Shown in pieces: positions 25,906 through 27,878 of a stretch of DNA of 27,878 nt. The DNA lies in contig CAZXNF010000001.1 of assembly GCA_964641785.1 (NCBI GenBank), positions 8,007 through 35,884 on the forward strand, given 5' to 3'. The translations under genes were made by a program, and so were the position numbers. The notes beneath the pieces were generated by a model. It saw nothing but the letters and a program-made list of their open reading frames with translations, was not told where the DNA came from and ran no database searches. This DNA is from an uncultured Streptomycetaceae bacterium. Lineage in GTDB: Bacteria > Pseudomonadota > Gammaproteobacteria > Burkholderiales > SG8-41. Numbering within the stretch: the first letter of the stretch is position 1; every line of letters begins with the position of its first letter.

Positions 25906-26232
25906 TTACATCCGGCCGCTAGGGCTCGAATCTCGTGAACCCGCGTACGGCGCGGACGGATCAGCACTCGCGTTCGGATTCTGGTCGTAGCCAGACCGCG
26001 AACGCGCATCGCGGTCGTACTGCGTGCCGGTGTTCGCCTGGTTGAACGCCTTCTGGCGATCCCGGTTGGACAATGCGCCGGGGCCGGGGGCGGACCCTTC
26101 GCTGACGCCGCCGTTCTCGTTGAAGTCATTGGAACTGCGCGACGGCGGCTGGACCATGGTCTGACTGAACGCGAATTGCGCGCCCAGCGTCAGGGTCGAA
26201 GCGAGCAGCAGGGTGGTGAGGGATTTGTGCAT
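25906..26232 (-). CDS. Small secreted, low-complexity (likely disordered) protein
   Basis: GGAG SD. Sec signal MHKSLTTLLLASTLTLGAQFAFS, then a polar S/N/G/D/R-rich mature region. It has its own terminator. Confidence 0.8.
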   Translation of the reverse strand: MHKSLTTLLLASTLTLGAQFAFSQTMVQPPSRSSNDFNENGGVSEGSAPGPGALSNRDRQKAFNQANTGTQYDRDARSRSGYDQNPNASADPSAPYAGSRDSSPSGRM

Positions 26233-26319
26233 GGTGTCTCCGGTTGGCTAACGTACACGCGCATGTTGCGCTGCTGCCCAGGTTCACCCTGTCGGACACT
26301 TCCTCATTTCTGAGTAGGA

Positions 26320-26877
26320 CTAACCCACTCTCCCGGTCGAAAATTCCACGTCCGAAACCACGCCCTTCGTGTCGAAGGTAACTATCAGCACCTTGCGGGA
26401 AACGCGGAGGTTGAACGCCGTGCCCCGCGTCTCGACGTGGGCATAGACCGCCGCTTGCATGCCTGGCGTCTTGATCATCGGATAAACGTAATAGCCGCCC
26501 GGCTTGCCGAACCACTGCAGGACTTCCGCCCGGGTCGTCTTGCCTTTGACGATATACGGCACCCGGCCAGCGTCGAAGTCGGTGCTGTCCGCCGGCCCGG
26601 ACGACGTGAATTCACTGCCGACCAGCAGCTTGTCGTAGAAGGAGTAGGTGGCGGCACGCCCGGCAGTCTCACCATAGGAAATGGTGGTGATGTTCCTGTC
26701 GTTCCTGACGAGCGTGCCGGTCTGGCGCGGCGGCCCCAGCTTTGCCACGACTGCCGAGTAGTTGGTCTGGCCGTACTTAAAGGTGTCCGCATCGGGACGG
26801 ACTAAATCGGTTCCGGCGCAGCCCGCCAGCGCGGATACCGCTACACAGGCCAGCATCCGCCTCAAAGTCGATCCCAT
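26320..26877 (-). CDS. Lipoprotein with two BamE/SmpA-like repeats
   Basis: Lipobox LAGC; repeats KYGQTNYSAVVAKLGPP and VKGKTTRAEVLQWFGKP; C-terminal LIVTFDTKGVV. AGGGAG SD 7 nt before the ATG at 26877. Confidence 0.8.
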   Translation of the reverse strand: MGSTLRRMLACVAVSALAGCAGTDLVRPDADTFKYGQTNYSAVVAKLGPPRQTGTLVRNDRNITTISYGETAGRAATYSFYDKLLVGSEFTSSGPADSTDFDAGRVPYIVKGKTTRAEVLQWFGKPGGYYVYPMIKTPGMQAAVYAHVETRGTAFNLRVSRKVLIVTFDTKGVVSDVEFSTGRVG

Positions 26878-27070
26878 GTGCATACTCCCTGTCTGTCCGC
26901 TCGCGGGCTGCATGCTCGTGGCCGGGACCTCCGATTATCGGTGCCGCCGCTGAAAACAGGCAACTCACATCGCTGTGCGCACAACGCGTGAAGCGGCTGG
27001 CCAGCACCATGCGGTAATATGCGGCCGGCAAAATCCTCCGCCTGCCCGCCACTGATCCCAGGATTCGTGC

Positions 27071-27878
27071 ATGAGCGCCCCGACCCGTTTCGCCCGTTTC
27101 AACACTCCCCGCGCAGTACTTGCAGTGCTGCTGGCGCTGCCGGCCATTTCGGGGGCCGCCTTCGCGCAAGCACCCTACCCCTCGAAAACCATCCGCATCG
27201 TCGTACCGGCCGTTCCCGCCGGCGGCACGGACATCCTGGCGCGGCTGCTCAGCCCGAAGCTGACCGATGCCTTCGGCCAGACCATCGTCGTCGACAACCG
27301 CGGCGGCGCCTTCACCAACATCGGCACCGAGATCGTCGCGCGGTCAGCGCCTGACGGCTACACCGTGCTGATCGCCACCACGCCGCACGCGATCAATCCC
27401 ACGTTGCTGCCCAAGCTGCCCTTCGATCCGATCAATGACTTCACCATGATCAGCCAGCTCGCCCTGACGCAGACCGTGCTGGTGGTGCACCCGTCGCTGC
27501 CGGTCACCAACGTCAAGGAGTTCATTGCGCTGGCCAAAGCCAAACCCGGCTCGCTGACGGCCGGCACCGCGGGCGGCAACTCGGCCTACCTCGCCGTGGA
27601 AATGCTCAAGTCGATGGCCAAAATCGAAGCCGTCAACATCCCCTACAAGGGCGCGGGCCAGGCGCTGAACGACACCGTCGCCGGCCACGTGCAGTTCCAG
27701 GTCAACACGCTGCTCGCCGCGCTGCCCTTCATCCAGAGCGGCCGCCTGCGCGCCATCGGGGTATGCGGCGCCAAGCGGGCAGCCGCCTTGCCCGACGTGC
27801 AGACCGTGGCAGAAACGGTAAAAGGCTTCGAGTCCAGTGGCTGGTACGCGCTGATGGGCCCCGCCGGCATGCAGCGCG
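27071..27878 (+). CDS. Bug/TctC family substrate-binding protein, 3' end beyond the window
   Basis: Not in the ORF track (no stop in the window). Translates as MSAPTRF...AQAPYPSKTIRIVVPAVPAGGTD...PDGYTV...NIPYKG...WYALMGPAG. Confidence 0.93.
   Translation, partial: MSAPTRFARFNTPRAVLAVLLALPAISGAAFAQAPYPSKTIRIVVPAVPAGGTDILARLLSPKLTDAFGQTIVVDNRGGAFTNIGTEIVARSAPDGYTVLIATTPHAINPTLLPKLPFDPINDFTMISQLALTQTVLVVHPSLPVTNVKEFIALAKAKPGSLTAGTAGGNSAYLAVEMLKSMAKIEAVNIPYKGAGQALNDTVAGHVQFQVNTLLAALPFIQSGRLRAIGVCGAKRAAALPDVQTVAETVKGFESSGWYALMGPAGMQR

Noticed and set aside
25570-25938. ORF MRVSVALL... as an attenuator leader peptide or a real gene
   Set aside because: It has no SD, reads through the terminator with no stop before it, has no regulatory codon run, and no biosynthetic gene follows.
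1-27878. CRISPR array, IS or integrase, prophage, rRNA/tRNA, frameshifted or selenocysteine-recoded genes
   Set aside because: I saw no regularly spaced repeats, no transposase, integrase or phage motifs, no RNA-gene signatures, and no split ORFs.

Overview
GC-rich, gene-dense chromosomal window. It is most likely from a Betaproteobacterium (Burkholderiales-like), an inference from the seven Bug/TctC solute-binding genes and the codon style. It holds about 30 CDS: (i) an FMN alpha-hydroxy-acid oxidase upstream of an amidohydrolase_2 gene cut by the window edge, plus a DUF393-type thiol protein; (ii) an amide/ureide-hydrolase cluster (1885-10309) bounded by two outward-facing nitrilase-superfamily paralogs; (iii) a crotonase, enolase-superfamily, TctC and beta-hydroxyacid dehydrogenase run on the minus strand; (iv) a cold-shock gene followed by a small YegP/DUF1508-like gene, two MFS transporters, a D-2-hydroxyacid dehydrogenase and a cysteine-dioxygenase-like cupin; (v) a DksA/TraR zinc finger plus beta-CASP nuclease operon behind a near-consensus FNR box; (vi) more TctC genes, an M24 peptidase with an altered metal ligand, several small or secreted proteins, and a candidate ~230-nt multi-hairpin non-coding RNA with a strong intrinsic terminator (25436-25663). 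I saw no rRNA, tRNA, CRISPR array, transposase or integrase. All family assignments come from motif recognition by eye, and all RNA structures were paired by hand; no database search or folding program was run.
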